64,000 nucleotides of DNA. Source: Octopus vulgaris. Lineage: Eukaryota. The stretch lies in assembly GCA_951406725.2 (NCBI GenBank), contig OX597824.1, positions 5,332,001 through 5,396,000 of the forward strand. Direction: 5' to 3'. Position 1 is the stretch's first letter, and every line of letters begins with the position of its first letter. A model generated the notes under the pieces. The model made no database searches and was not told where the DNA came from. It was given only the letters and a program-made list of their open reading frames with translations. Made by a program: the position numbers and the translations under genes. Of this stretch, positions 13,622 to 26,036 are shown piece by piece.

Positions 13622-15140
13622 AACTTATTCTTTAAAACCTGGGAATAAGTTCCGGCCTCTCAGACTTCATTAGCATTGGTATTTGAAGCACGAATAATAA
13701 TAGGCCATTAGACTCGAACAAAAATTATGAATCAATGTTAAGTTTCTGTTGTATTCAGTATATTATTATCAATGCTGTGTATAATTGTTTGAGGGAATTG
13801 AATCAGATGCATTGTGGTTGAACACTTTTTTCCCAATTTCCCTGAGAAAACAACAGTAACAAATATATTTAGTTAATGATGAAAAAATATAGAATATCTG
13901 CTGAAAAGTAAATAACTTTCTAAGAATAATAGATAGTTGCCGATCAGCAATATGTATATGGTTATGAAATCACTGAAAACATTTTTTAAATAGTTGAGAT
14001 AAATTGAGACAACACAATATCTTTACCAAATCGTTCATGGAAAAAAAATCAATGTAAAAAAGCCCTGTAAAACCTTAAGTTTGTTTCTAGCGGTAGATAA
14101 TATAAAAATATCTTTAATGGAATAGTTCTGGAATAAAATGAAAAGAAAAATAACATACTGTAAGATAATGTCAGTTTTTGTATGAAGCTATTATGTGTTA
14201 GTAGCGGCGATTTAAAAACGTCATAAGGTTCTTAATATAAATTGTATATTTTATATTTAAAAAACACATTTAGTGCTAAAACAATTGAAATTTCCTTTAG
14301 GCTGAATAATGTTCTATCTTGAACACATTTATTTCTTTAATGTTATGAAAATACATGAATAGAAAATAAGAACACACTAATTAAAAAATTATGAATTTAA
14401 ACACACGTTTTAATAGAAGGACGAACTAATTAGAATAAATAATGGCGTGCTTCAAGAAAAGTATTAAGATATATCTTGTAGAGTTAGAATTATTGGGGAA
14501 AAAAACGAGAGAAAATAAGTATAGATTGTAATCTTATTTCTTAGTCATAAATATAATGTTAGAAAATAAAACAAAAGCAATGTTTCAAGTATAAGACAAA
14601 AGAAATGCCTATCAAATTGATTATAAGAAAAGTTTCGAAGAATATCATGACAAAACGAAAAAGGAAAAATAATTGATGTTTCAATATAGAGAGTTGCTAA
14701 GATTGGCAAAAATTATGTTTTAGATTTTTTAAAGAAAAAAAATCCATAACAGAATTTTGAAAAAAGGATATTAAAAGATTCTATTTAAAGCAATGTATTA
14801 AAAAATAAGTATATTACATAAAGCAATATTATAGTTTTTAACAAACCAGAAATCAATAATATAAAGGAAATGAAAAAAGGAGGGAATTCACACATAGACA
14901 AGGAAGGCTCTGTTTGTACATAAACGCACAAACACATAAGAACAGATGCACAAACACACACATACACATACAGTGTACAATCATATGTAGTCGGACTATG
15001 AATATTGCACAATCTACAGTCGGACTATGAATATATCTAAACTTGATCAAAAACGTTTACTTCACTCCGTGCTTTATAATTGGATTGCCAGTCTACACCA
15101 ATGAATATAAGATACATGTTATAGTCAGTGAAACAATATA

Positions 15141-15360
15141 TATTGGTTCTAAAATTTGGCACAAGGCAAGCAATTTTCGGGGTCGGGTGGGGTTAAGTCG
15201 ATTGTATCGACCCCAGTGCTCAAATTGTGCATATTTTATCGATCCCGTAAAGGATGAAAGGCAAAGTCGGCCTCGGCGGAATTTGAACTCACAACATAAC
15301 GGTAGACGAAATACGGCTCAGCATTTCGCCCGGCGTGCTAACGTTTCTGCCAACTCGCTG
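15141..15360 (-). mobile_element. SINE family B
   Basis: Family B head and core with the CCTTGTGCCAAATTTTAGAACCAATA tail variant. Confidence 0.85.
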
Positions 15361-15489
15361 CATTAGCGTAATACATACACACACACACACACCTACGCAC
15401 GCACCCACATACACACTCACACACACATCGTCAGTGTGTCATATATTCCACACTCTAAAGAATAGAGCAGTAATGTATTTCTATGCAGT

Positions 15490-15930
15490 TATGTCCGCTC
15501 ATTGGGTGACCAATGGTTTCGTCTCCATTAGGCGCTTAACCCTATGGACGCCTCATCAGATTTCAATGGTGGAGGGCATATACCTCTTCAAACTGGAGGT
15601 AGAAACCCGTTAATCAGTGAACAAAGAGTAAACCATATGGGTCGGCGTGGGCGAATTCTCTCCCTTAGACCAGTTCAATCCATATGGGTTAAGATGACGA
15701 ATGGTGAACTTCAACCCTTAGGATGCTTCTAGCCCGTAAAGATTTTTTCTGTTCTAATCGATGAATGGGGAATCCCATGTTTGCAGCAAGTAGCGATTGA
15801 AATGGGGACAGGATCTATAAATCTAATGTCGGGAATTTAATACTATCTGGATAGCAGGAGTCTTTGAGGATGCTTGCTCTCTCCACTAGGCAAATCTAAT
15901 TTTTTCTGCTGGTAATAACGATGGTGACGC
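15490..15930 (-). mobile_element. Penelope-like element 3' relic with a hammerhead motif (15500-15568)
   Basis: Minus-strand peptide IRHLNPYGLN resembles the PLE GIY-YIG C-terminal PxGLN motif; followed by CTGATGA-stem II-GAAAC CATTG GTC. Confidence 0.6.
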
Positions 15931-15935
15931 TTGGG

Positions 15936-17520
15936 CTACAACCTTTCAAGTTTTTCAAGCTCCTTCTTTACCTGTTCTAGCGCCACGAACGGTACATCAC
16001 GTGTTGGCTGAAATACAGGTGTTGCACTTTGTTTAACTATGATTATTTTCTTCGTTTTCGTGCAGCAGTCCAGTTCATCCGAGAAAACATCTGGCAATAA
16101 ATATTTTATTTTTCGTCTCAATCCCTCAGCCGCATTCGAACCTTCGTCTGAACCGACTATATTCTCACAAAATAACATTTCTGGGCGTATCCCACAATTT
16201 GAACAGTTCCATTCACTCTGGGCCGAACAAATTTACTGAATTTTTTTAACACACATACTTTTGCCGTTTTCATTTGGTCCCGAAATGTCACATTACACTC
16301 AAATTCATCTGCAAAATATAATTTTTTATCCGTAAGACCGTGTGCTACTTTTGTAGATTTACTTATTTTTGGCTTACCAATATATAGTTCCAAGTTGCTT
16401 CATTCAAAATAGTAATATAACTTCCAGTGTCTCACTCTTATATTTTCAAGTTTCACATTTACGAATTTCCTCTTTGTCATATCACCATTTTCTTCCGACG
16501 ATATCTTTTTTACTCGATTTTCTTTGTTCCAGCGTTTTGTCATTTTGGTTTTTACAGTGTGCTTTTACGTGTCCAATTTTTCTACAACGGAAACATTCCA
16601 CTTTCTTAAATCTTAAATCATGTGATGAGGTCGTTGGTTCCGACTGACATCTAGCAGCCAATATCTTTCGCGGGCGAGGACCTGGAGGATGTGGAGTCTT
16701 TCGTCTACTTGGGCTCAACAGTGATCCCAAACGGTCAGGGTGCAGCTGAGGTCGATCATCACATCAATGCTGCTCGATCTGCCTTTGGACGCCTAAAGCG
16801 GTGTCTGTGGGACCGAAGGAGGATCTCATCGGTGACCAAAGGGCGAATATATCAGGCCGTCGTTCGTACAGTACCTCTCTATGGCTGTGAAACGTGGCCT
16901 ATGTGGGTGGTCGATCAACGAAGGCTGGAAGTCTTCGACAATGACTGCCTCCAGTGCATTCTTCGCTGCCGCCGGGTGGATCGAGTTCCCACCGCCAATC
17001 TCCAACTTCACCTGTCTCTGCGGTCCCTTCCATCTGTCCTTCTGCAACGACACTTGCGGTGGTTTGGCCATGCATATAGGCGTCCGGTGGGTGAACTGAG
17101 CCGTGATGTCCTTCTTCCAACTCCACTTCCCAACTGGCGGAAACGCGCGGGCGGGCAGCTAAAGACCTGGGCTACGACGATCAAGGAGGACCTCTCCGTG
17201 CTCACGGGTCCGCAGGTGGTCGGCCTGCGCCGATGGAACCGTGACTGGCTCGCAATCTCCAGTGAACTGGCGCAGGACCGTCGTGCGTGGGCTGCCATAG
17301 TTCAAGATGCCTCGATGTTGGAAGAAGAAGCCGACTCAACCCGCCCAGGGTGAATGTCGCCACAAGTACAAGTAAAGTGTGTACTTTCTTAAATGGACAC
17401 TTTTTTCTCGGTTGTAGACTTCCACACGAAAAACATGGGTTTGTTTCCTAACTTGGCTCTAATCTCCTTAAAGGTGTTGACCTTCGTTGTCTCAAAGTCG
17501 GAGATGACGTTGTAGCTCGA
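15936..17520 (-). pseudogene. Ty3/gypsy LTR retrotransposon relic (gag zinc knuckles, aspartic protease, start of RT), interrupted by an RTE LINE
   Basis: CFSCGSLQPRKKCPF (17.39-17.44 kb) + KKVECFRCRKIGHVKAHC (16.56-16.61 kb); DTGSYITIL near 16.41-16.43 kb; PDVFSDELDCC...PVFQPTRDVPF...VKKELEKLE; frameshifts. Confidence 0.85.
16612..17382 (+). mobile_element. 5'-truncated RTE-clade LINE (RT C-terminus, ORF 16691-17353)
   Basis: VESFVYLGS...ARSAFGRL...K..IY.AVV..VxLYGCETW...LRWFGH...R..G.Q.KTW; (CAAGTA)n tail; TSD ACTTTCTTAAAT at 16600-16611 and 17383-17394. Confidence 0.92.
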
Positions 17521-18250
17521 AATATGTATATGTACTCACACACACATTCACACATTTCACAGGCAGCTACGATCGATATTGGAAAGCTGAAAATCTAATA
17601 CAACCTCATTGAACTCAGAACATATAAAGAACCGTTACCAAAACAGCAAGACGTCAGCGGTTTAAACAAATAATAATAAATATTTAATATTGGAGATTAA
17701 TGTATATACTGGTGATTAAAGTGTTTATATAGAAATAAAACTAAAAGTTATACCTAAAACATAGGTATATTAGATTATTAATGAGACCTTGTTTAAACAA
17801 GTTAGCCGGTATTATGAAATAATTACACAAATCATTTATATATGAATCATATGAAAACTATTTGATAATATAAATGTTTATCATTAGACAAAAAAGAAGG
17901 CAGTATGTCCCGTTACAGGGCTGACGGAATGGGTGAGAATGGTTATTTTCAAATAAGAAATCTGATCCGAACGCTTGCACCAGGGCGAACTTCTCAAAAC
18001 GTATCGGAGGTGCTAGGTTGTATCTTAACTTTAGTGGTATCTAAACAGGCGAAGGTTATCATATATATATATAATATGAAGGAATGAGATGAAAATATCT
18101 ATTTTATCAGTTGTTATCCAAAGGATGACTTTCGTTTCGCAGCCAACATCGTCGAGGAATAATTTATCCCATTATAAATATATTTACATACCTGCACTAG
18201 TGTGTATATTATAAATTGCTTACTACTATTGTACATTTTACAAGCCAATG

Positions 18251-18639
18251 TGGAGGCGCAATGGCCCAGTGGTTAGGGCAGCGGACTCGCGGTCGTAGGA
18301 TCGCGGTTTCGATTCCCAGACCGGGCGTTGTGAGTGTTTATTGAGCGAAAACACCTAAAAGCTCCACGTGGCTCCGGCAGGGGGTGGTGATCCCTGCTGT
18401 ACTCTTTCACCATAACTTTCTCTCACTCTTACTTCCTGTTTCTGTTGTACCTGTATTTCAAAGGGCCGGCCTTGTCACTCTCTGTGTCACGCTGAATATC
18501 CCCGAGAACTACGTTAAGGGTACACGTGTCTGTGGAGTGCTCAGCCACTTACACGTTAATTTCACGAGCAGGCTGTTCCGTTGATTTGGATCAACTAGAA
18601 CCCTCGTCGTCGTAACCGACGGAGTGCTTCCATCCATCC
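18251..18639 (+). mobile_element. tRNA-derived SINE, family C1, full length
   Basis: A box TGGCCCAGTGG, B box GTTTCGATTCC, (CATC)n tail; TSD ACAAGCCAATG at 18240-18250 and 18640-18650; near-identical copy at 52246-52631. Confidence 0.93.
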
Positions 18640-18974
18640 ACAAGCCAATGGAGGTCAAAAGGCCAGCTCACCAGATCAACAGATTATCACGGTTACATCC
18701 AGTTTCCAACACCAGTTTTCTGAGTAGGAACCCATAAGATCTCCCGTTTTCTGCTATTGGAGGGTTTTCTACTTGCCGTAGTGATGGGGAGGCTGGAGGT
18801 TATTCAACCTCCGAGGCAGCCAGAATACCGAGCGAGTACTGGCCGTAAGGGATTCAGCTGTAGGATGATTGGATGTGAACAGGTAGAGGCAAGCCTGGCG
18901 GGCTTAGATTTTGCACTAGGAATGAGAAGTGTGACTTTTGTTTTTAGCGTAGTATTGGGAACATATGAGATCTT

Positions 18975-19356
18975 ACAGTTCTGTATTTAAGAGATGAGGA
19001 ATTATGTGCATTATTTACATTATTTACATTTGACGGATATTTGTCCTCATCTTGTTTGTTGTTAACACGTTTCGGCTGATATACCCTAGCCTTAACCACT
19101 ACGCCATATGCCACCGGGCATATGGCGTAGTGGTTAAGAGCGCAGGCTACTAACCCCAAGATTCTGAGTTCGATTCCAGGCAATGACCTGATTAATAATA
19201 ATAATAATAACATAGAAAAAATATCTTAGGAATGAGAACCCAGGTTCAAAATTTCTCCAAGACACCTGATGAAGGCTGGAGGGTATATCAGCCGAAATAT
19301 TGTGTTACCAACAAACAAGATGAGGACAAATATCGTCAAATGTAAATAATGTACAT
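18975..19356 (+). mobile_element. tRNA-headed, hammerhead-bearing element with a head-to-head deleted inverted copy
   Basis: A box TGGCGTAGTGG (19123-19133), B box GTTCGATTCC (19168-19177), hammerhead 19261-19306, inverted copy 18975-19112. Confidence 0.7.
19261..19306 (+). ncRNA. Minimal type I hammerhead ribozyme motif
   Basis: Stem I GACAC/GTGTT, core CTGATGA, stem II GGCTG/CAGCC, GAAA, short palindromic stem III (TATT here, CGT in the inverted copy). Confidence 0.7.
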
Positions 19357-19901
19357 TAGAACTTATCCCGGAAGCCGCTATTCCTGAGAGCCAGGTTGTG
19401 GTACGGGACATGATTATTAAAGCTATCCTCAAAAGGTGTTAGGTTAAAAACCCTGATAGAAACATCAGTGACAATACTATTAAGGGTAAAACGAAGGTGA
19501 TTAGACAAGATAATGCCTATGATGTGCCTATTATGCTCTTCTACTTACAGATTCGAAGATCAGCGGGAAAGATTATTTTAGCATTACTGAAATCGATTCG
19601 ATCGTCCTAATGTCACTGAAGGTGTGACACAATAACGCTGTTTCTAATGACTGGCTGAAATTAATGACAAATACGAGTGTATTGCAAATTCAATCAAATC
19701 TCTGCTTCATTTCCCTCGAATTCTATCAACTTTTTGCTGTCTCTAAAAACAATTTCCTTTTATAGCATTTTACTCTTGACTCATAGATGCATATATATAA
19801 ACATATGACTGGAAGTGTACATCCCCTCCCTCTCTCCCTATCCCCCTCTCTCTCTGTAGGCCCATCCGCAAGCGTAGCAATGACAATTATCTGCTATACT
19901 A

Positions 19902-20466
19902 TTGGGTTGTCCAGAAAGTTCGTGCCGATTTATAACAGCTTACCTTTCGACTTATTTTAGAACATGGTTGAGTCCATAAAATAAGATTTGACTACACCCC
20001 CATTTAGAGTACAGTTTTAGCTATCTTTTCGTGGAAGAAGGTTTATGTTCCTATAACCTGTGTTAATTCTGTAACCCTTTAAAATGGAAGAAAAGAAAGT
20101 TCCTTTTCGGCACTTGATGCTTTGGGAACCAGACAAAAATTGCTGCAGCTCGGCTGGGATGTGTTACCCCACCCTCCATATTCACCAGATATTGCTCCTT
20201 CGATTTCCACTTATTCAGGTCTCTGCAGAACAGTCATAATGGTAAAAATTTCAATTCCTTAGATGACATAAAAAGATACCTTGATGAATTCTTTGCCATG
20301 AAACCACCTCAATTCTGGGAAGAGGGTATTTTCAAGTTAAAGGAAAGATGGAGACACATTGTGCAACAAAATGGTTCATATTTGGTTGATTAAAAATGTA
20401 ATGGCAAGTATTTATTGACCTTTTTCTTTCCTTTAAAAATCGGTAGGAACTTTTCGGACAAACCAA
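19902..20466 (+). mobile_element. Internally deleted mariner transposon (non-autonomous)
   Basis: About 30-bp TIRs TTGGGTTGTCCAGAAAGTTCGTGCCGATTT / AAATCGGTAGGAACTTTTCGGACAAACCAA, TA on both sides; MEEKKVPFRHLMLWE fused to GWDVLPHPPYSPDIAPS-DFHLF...WEEGIFKLKERWRHIVQQNGSY. Confidence 0.92.
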
Positions 20467-20925
20467 TACTTTCGGTATGATTCTGTATTCTTTTAAAACT
20501 ATGACAGGCCAATCAATTCGCTGAGCACTGAGTAGAAATGTACATTATATACAACTGTCCATGTATTAATTGATTTACGTATATATTTAAATGCATATTT
20601 AATTAAGTGTTATATAATAACGAGAAACTAAAACGCGTTTTATTTAATCCCCGAAATGTAGCTTAATTCGAGATATCGACTGAATTTTTATAACCGTGAA
20701 TGTTCCATGAGAATCTATTAATCCATTAGTTTATTGAATTATGCGTAATTGTACACAATAAATAACAGAATATATAACTCAGGGACACTATTCACATGGA
20801 AGGTACAATAAATTACTTTTAAAATACTTAATGCAAATAGCATTAAAAACCTAGCTAAAAATAATAATGCAATGAGTTAAAAACGTCGATATCATACAAT
20901 GAAAAAGTATTTGAATTCTTACTCA

Positions 20926-21170
20926 TCACAGAAAGTTGGCTGTGGAAGCAGTAGAGGTTGTATCAAGGTGATTGTAGATCAGGAGATGTGAGCTGTGGAA
21001 GGGGCAGAAGATGTGAGATGTGGAAGGGACGGCGCAACCAGGGCTTCCAGTTATTTCAGTAATACGAACTGGAAATATACCGGGACTTGATCCGTCATGG
21101 CTAGATTGCCTGTGTAAGGGTGGCTGATTGTTGACACAATGATGTATCTCCAGGGGTATCTCGGGATGAC
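20926..21170 (-). CDS. Candidate isolated exon of an unknown gene (phase 1, 80 codons to stop)
   Basis: Acceptor TTTTCCGCAG at 21180-21171; only one frame open (HPEIPLEIHH...LHRQSSHDGSSPG...TANFL); TGA TGA then GTAAGA donor at 20922; locally higher GC. Confidence 0.35.
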
Positions 21171-22585
21171 CTGCGGAAAACTAATAGTTCTTTATCTCTT
21201 AACTTTTTAATGATCCTAATATTTGATGTTTTATTGTAGCTTAAGTATTCTACTTTAGCTTCTACTAGAACAAAACCAATTTTCGATTACGGTCAATAGA
21301 TTTTTATCGAAAATGTCATTGAGAAAGGCATTAATTCCACTTAATCTATTCTCGAAACTTCCTTAGTGAAATGTATGGTTTTGCATTGATGTGAAGAAAT
21401 CAATATGATAAAATTTTGCTAAATTATATCTTGAACCGAAATATATGCCAATTTGATCTTTCCCTTATTCATGAGGCGCCTTAATATCTGTTCAGACCGT
21501 CCTGTCTTACAGCAAGAATCAAATGAAATAAATATAAAACTGACGAACGGAATGGAAAATATTTGGCAGCGAAGAGAAAAACAATTCTTCCTTGGAATTT
21601 AGCAAGTTTTAAAATGTTCTAAATATGTTGCAAACAAATGCAAATATCCAGACAAGTGAGAGAAAATTTTAAAAAAAAGTTAAGAAATGATAGAGAAGGC
21701 ATGGCTATGATCCAATTTTAACGACTACAACAATAACAGCAAGCTCAATTATAAGCTAAAAGAAAACGGAAACAAAGATTGTAGTCAAATTCACAGAATA
21801 ATTCATTTTCATTCTTCCATTACTTTCGACAGTAATTTTCCAAATTCTGGTTTGGCAGTAATCAGAAATAACGACCTCAGACAGACTCATTAAAGTAAAG
21901 ATGGAACTGGAAAATATCGGGTATTGTAATTTCTGTTATTTTATTCTTTATTAGAATATAGAAACCAAAAATAGGTGAAGAGAAAGGAAAAAACGATATT
22001 GTTAGATTGTGGAAAAGTTGATTCTGCTAAGCCAGATGTCAGGATTGATCGATTGTATTGATCACCAAGATCATTCCATCCTAGACCATTATGTCATTAT
22101 ATTTTGCCCAGGTTATCGTATCCAGAACTGTCCGAGGCATTGTATCATTCACTGATTTTAAGCAATAGCATCTGATTTGAGATATTCGGTTACTAATTCA
22201 AGCAGAGAAAGTAAAACAGAGGGCTGTACGTTGGTTTTGGTGGTACGGTGTGAAGTTTGTGTCTTTTACAAAACGTATTTGTGGTGAATTGAAAGAGAAG
22301 CACCACATGAAGATTATCGATTTCTCTCCGTTATTTATTTTACTGGTTGTTATTGTATTGTAAGAATTCTTTGTAGTTTTGTAGTTTTTTTTAAAATACA
22401 TTTGTTGCCTTTTAAACCGTTTCAGTCGATGTTTATGTTTCTATGTTTCGGGAATTAGTTGATGGATGATAAAATGTTTATCTTTATATTGTAGCAGAAA
22501 CTTTCCATAGACAGAAGCTTTTCACAGACACCAGGTGAACAATATTTAAAACACACACACACACACACGCACGCACGCACACACA

Positions 22586-22645
<60 letters not shown>

Positions 22646-23266
22646 GACAAAAACGAGAAGAAACAAATTACATTAAATATCCAATCATTTCCTTGAAAGT
22701 TTGGGGCTTATCGTCAAATTATCCCTGATCGAGTAAACGTATCTTCAAAGGTATAACAATCATTAACATTCCATAATCCTATAATCCTTACGTAACCTTA
22801 ACAAAATAATTCATTGTGTCGATCGATTTTAATAACTCCTGCATATTATTATAGGGTGGTAATGGGGATTTGGCAGCTATTTCTAGCAGATCTTGCGACC
22901 ACCGACAGGCTTTCACCGTGGCGCCTCTAGGGACAAAGAGAATTGTTACTAAATATATTTTAGTGTTTTCATAGTTTATGTAATTATAATATTAACCGAC
23001 CAACTGCGGCACTCAAACAGAACGACTGACTTCTATATATGGATAAATGATGACCCTGGAACTTATATGATGCGCCCCAACAACCTCACCTCAAACCATG
23101 TTAGTGATTAGGTTGTAGTTGGCGCTACGAAAATTTTGATTCCAAAGGATAAATATTTAAGTGAAGTTAAGAGTCTTTATGTGTCTTAGACTTTAGGTTA
23201 AAAACATAATCTCAGATCAAATCACCTGCCTGGCAAGGACACCTTTAATATGATGCATTCTATGAT

Positions 23267-24470
23267 ATTCTTTTCTACTCTAGGCGCAAGGCCCAAAATT
23301 TTGGGAGAGGGTGCCAGTCGATTAGATTGACACCAGTACGCAACTGGTACTTAATTTATCGATCCCGAAAGGATGAAAGGAAAAGACGACATTGGCGGAA
23401 TTTGAACTCAGAATGTTAAGACAGACGGAATTCCGCTAAGCATTTCTACCGGCGTGCTAACGTCTCTGCCAGCTCGCCGCCTTCATACATTTTGTAATAT
23501 TGTTTCTAACAAGAGGCACAAAACCAGCAATTTCTGAGGGGTGGGGAGAGGGATTGATGATTAAATCAAGCTTAGTACTTAATTGGGACAGTATTTTATC
23601 GATCCCGCAAGTGTAAAACGCACAGATGTATTTCACGGGATTTCAATTTAGATCGTAGAGAGCCAAAATAAATACTACAAAGCAATTTTTTCGTAGCTTA
23701 ATGTTGCTTTCAAATTTTGGCACAAGACAAGTAATTATGGGGGAGATGATAAGTCAATTACATCTACCCCAGTAGTTAACTGGTACTTATTTTATCGACT
23801 AGTAAAGGATGAAGGGTAAAGTCGACCTCGGCGGAATTTGAACTCAGAACATAGACAAAATACCTATTTCTTACTACTGACAAGGGGCTAAACACAGAGA
23901 GGACAAACAAGGATAGAACAAACAAGGACAGACAAACGGATTAAGTCGATCACATCGACCCCAGGGCGTAACTAGTACTTATTTAATCGACCCCGAAAGG
24001 ATGAAAGGCAAAGTCGACCTCTGCGGAATTTAAACTCAGGACGTAACGGCTACGCATTTCGCCCGGCGTGCTAACGATTCTTTTCTACTCTAGGCACAAG
24101 GACTGAAATCATTGGGGAGGGGGCCATTCGATTAGATCGACCCCAGTACGCAACTGTTACTTAATTTAACGACCCCGGAAGGATGAAAGGAAAGGTCGAC
24201 CTCGATGATATTTGAACTCAGGATATAAAGACAGACGAAACATCGGTAAGCATTTCGCCCGGCGTGCTAACGGTTCTGCCAGTTCGTCGCCTACCAACGA
24301 TTAATATTAGTTTGATATTTTGGCATAAGGCCAGCATGTTCTGGGGATGGGGTGGGGATCAGTCGATCATATCGACCCCCCCCCCCCAATGCTTAACTGA
24401 TGATTATTTTATCGACCCTTAAATGGTTGAAAGACAAAGTCGACCTCGAACGACGCTTAATATTGAAAGA
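23267..24470 (-). mobile_element. Cluster of about 6 co-oriented SINE family B copies and fragments
   Basis: Repeated CGAAAGGATGAAAGGCAAAGTCGACCTCGGCGGAATTTGAACTCAG cores with three tail variants. Confidence 0.88.
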
Positions 24471-24534
24471 CGACAGCCTGCTTCTCTCTCTCCCACTCTC
24501 TGTCTGTGTCTCATACGCACACAGACATTTCTAC

Positions 24535-24635
24535 ACACACATATGCATATAATATATATATACATACATATATATACATATATATACATATATACATATA
24601 TATACATATATACATATACACACACACACCCCCAA

Positions 24636-24701
<66 letters not shown>

Positions 24702-24881
24702 ACATACATAGGCCTCTTGGAACTCTTGGAACTAATCAACGGCAGCTTTCCTCCTATATTTATGGACTGCCTTATTAGCTTGGCGATAAGTGTTAATATA
24801 TATATATATATATATATACATATATATGCATGTATATATATACACACACACATATATATATATACTTACATACGTACATAC

Positions 24882-24913
<32 letters not shown>

Positions 24914-24942
24914 GTGTGTATATATGTATGTATTTATGTATG

Positions 24943-25002
<60 letters not shown>

Positions 25003-25078
25003 CATATATATATATATAAATATATATATATACATAAATATATATATATATATATATGTGTATGTGTGTGTGTGTGTT
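24535..25078. repeat. Large (TA)n/(TACA)n microsatellite field containing a short dispersed repeat (24710-24797)
   Basis: Directly visible; the internal piece matches 11346-11425 in reverse. Confidence 0.9.
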
Positions 25079-26036
25079 TACAAATCTATCTTTGTATCTA
25101 TCTAAGAACGCTTTATCGTTTGTGTCAACCACCTCCGATAACACAACAACAGAAATAACAGCTAAAAAGTAAGCAACAAAAAACGCAAAAAATGAAAAAA
25201 AAGGCAGAAATGCAATAACAAGTAAAATCTGTAAAAGGAAAGAAATCGATAATCTTAATGCGTTGTTTGTGTTTCCCCAGAGATATTAGGCAAATCCTCT
25301 CCACTTTTTAGCTGCTTTAATATCTAGAATGTTGTGCAATGCAGAATCCTTCAACCACAACACAGTGTTCAGTAATGAATGGGAACTTATTATTTAAAGC
25401 GATCGGATAAATAAACTTTACCGAAACAAACAAACTAATTGCTCGCATAAATTTGGAAGAAATGATTATATTTTAGTTTCCCGTTTTTAATTGTTTCATC
25501 TAAGTTTTTTGTTTTAAAATAAACTAAAAAAGAGTCACAACGAATTAGAGTTAACGAAGTGAATTACGATAAACAGAAGACAGGTAAGAAAATTAAAACT
25601 AAAAAATTGAAAAACTGCGTTGGAATTGAACAAATAAAACATGTTTCCAGAGATAATTATGTAGTTTAGATTTTCAACTTGAGTCGATAACGATTACGAG
25701 TTTTCAGCAGTCATCAGTATTTATGATTCTAATAAACAGTCTGGTGATTGCATAACATATTTTAACATGATCAGTTCTGCAAGTCCAGTATCTAACTAGT
25801 GTAGTATTTTGGAACTGAGCATAGAATAGGAAACAAAAATACTTTAGAGGAGAATATTTCAGTTCCAGTTAAAATAGTTCCTTTTGATGGAGTATATATA
25901 TTTCCATACATTCATCTCTGTCTGTCCCCGTTCAGCCGTTAATCTCTCCTTCCCTTCATCCAGCCCTCTCTTTATTCTTCCAGCTTCTATGCTTCTATGC
26001 ATACATACAATTTAATACACATACTTACATATATAA

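Noticed and set aside
18251-18330. tRNA-like sequences here and at 19116, 35100, 42450, 43924 and 52550
   Set aside because: SINE or element heads with imperfect cloverleaves, continuing into repeat bodies; not called as tRNA genes.
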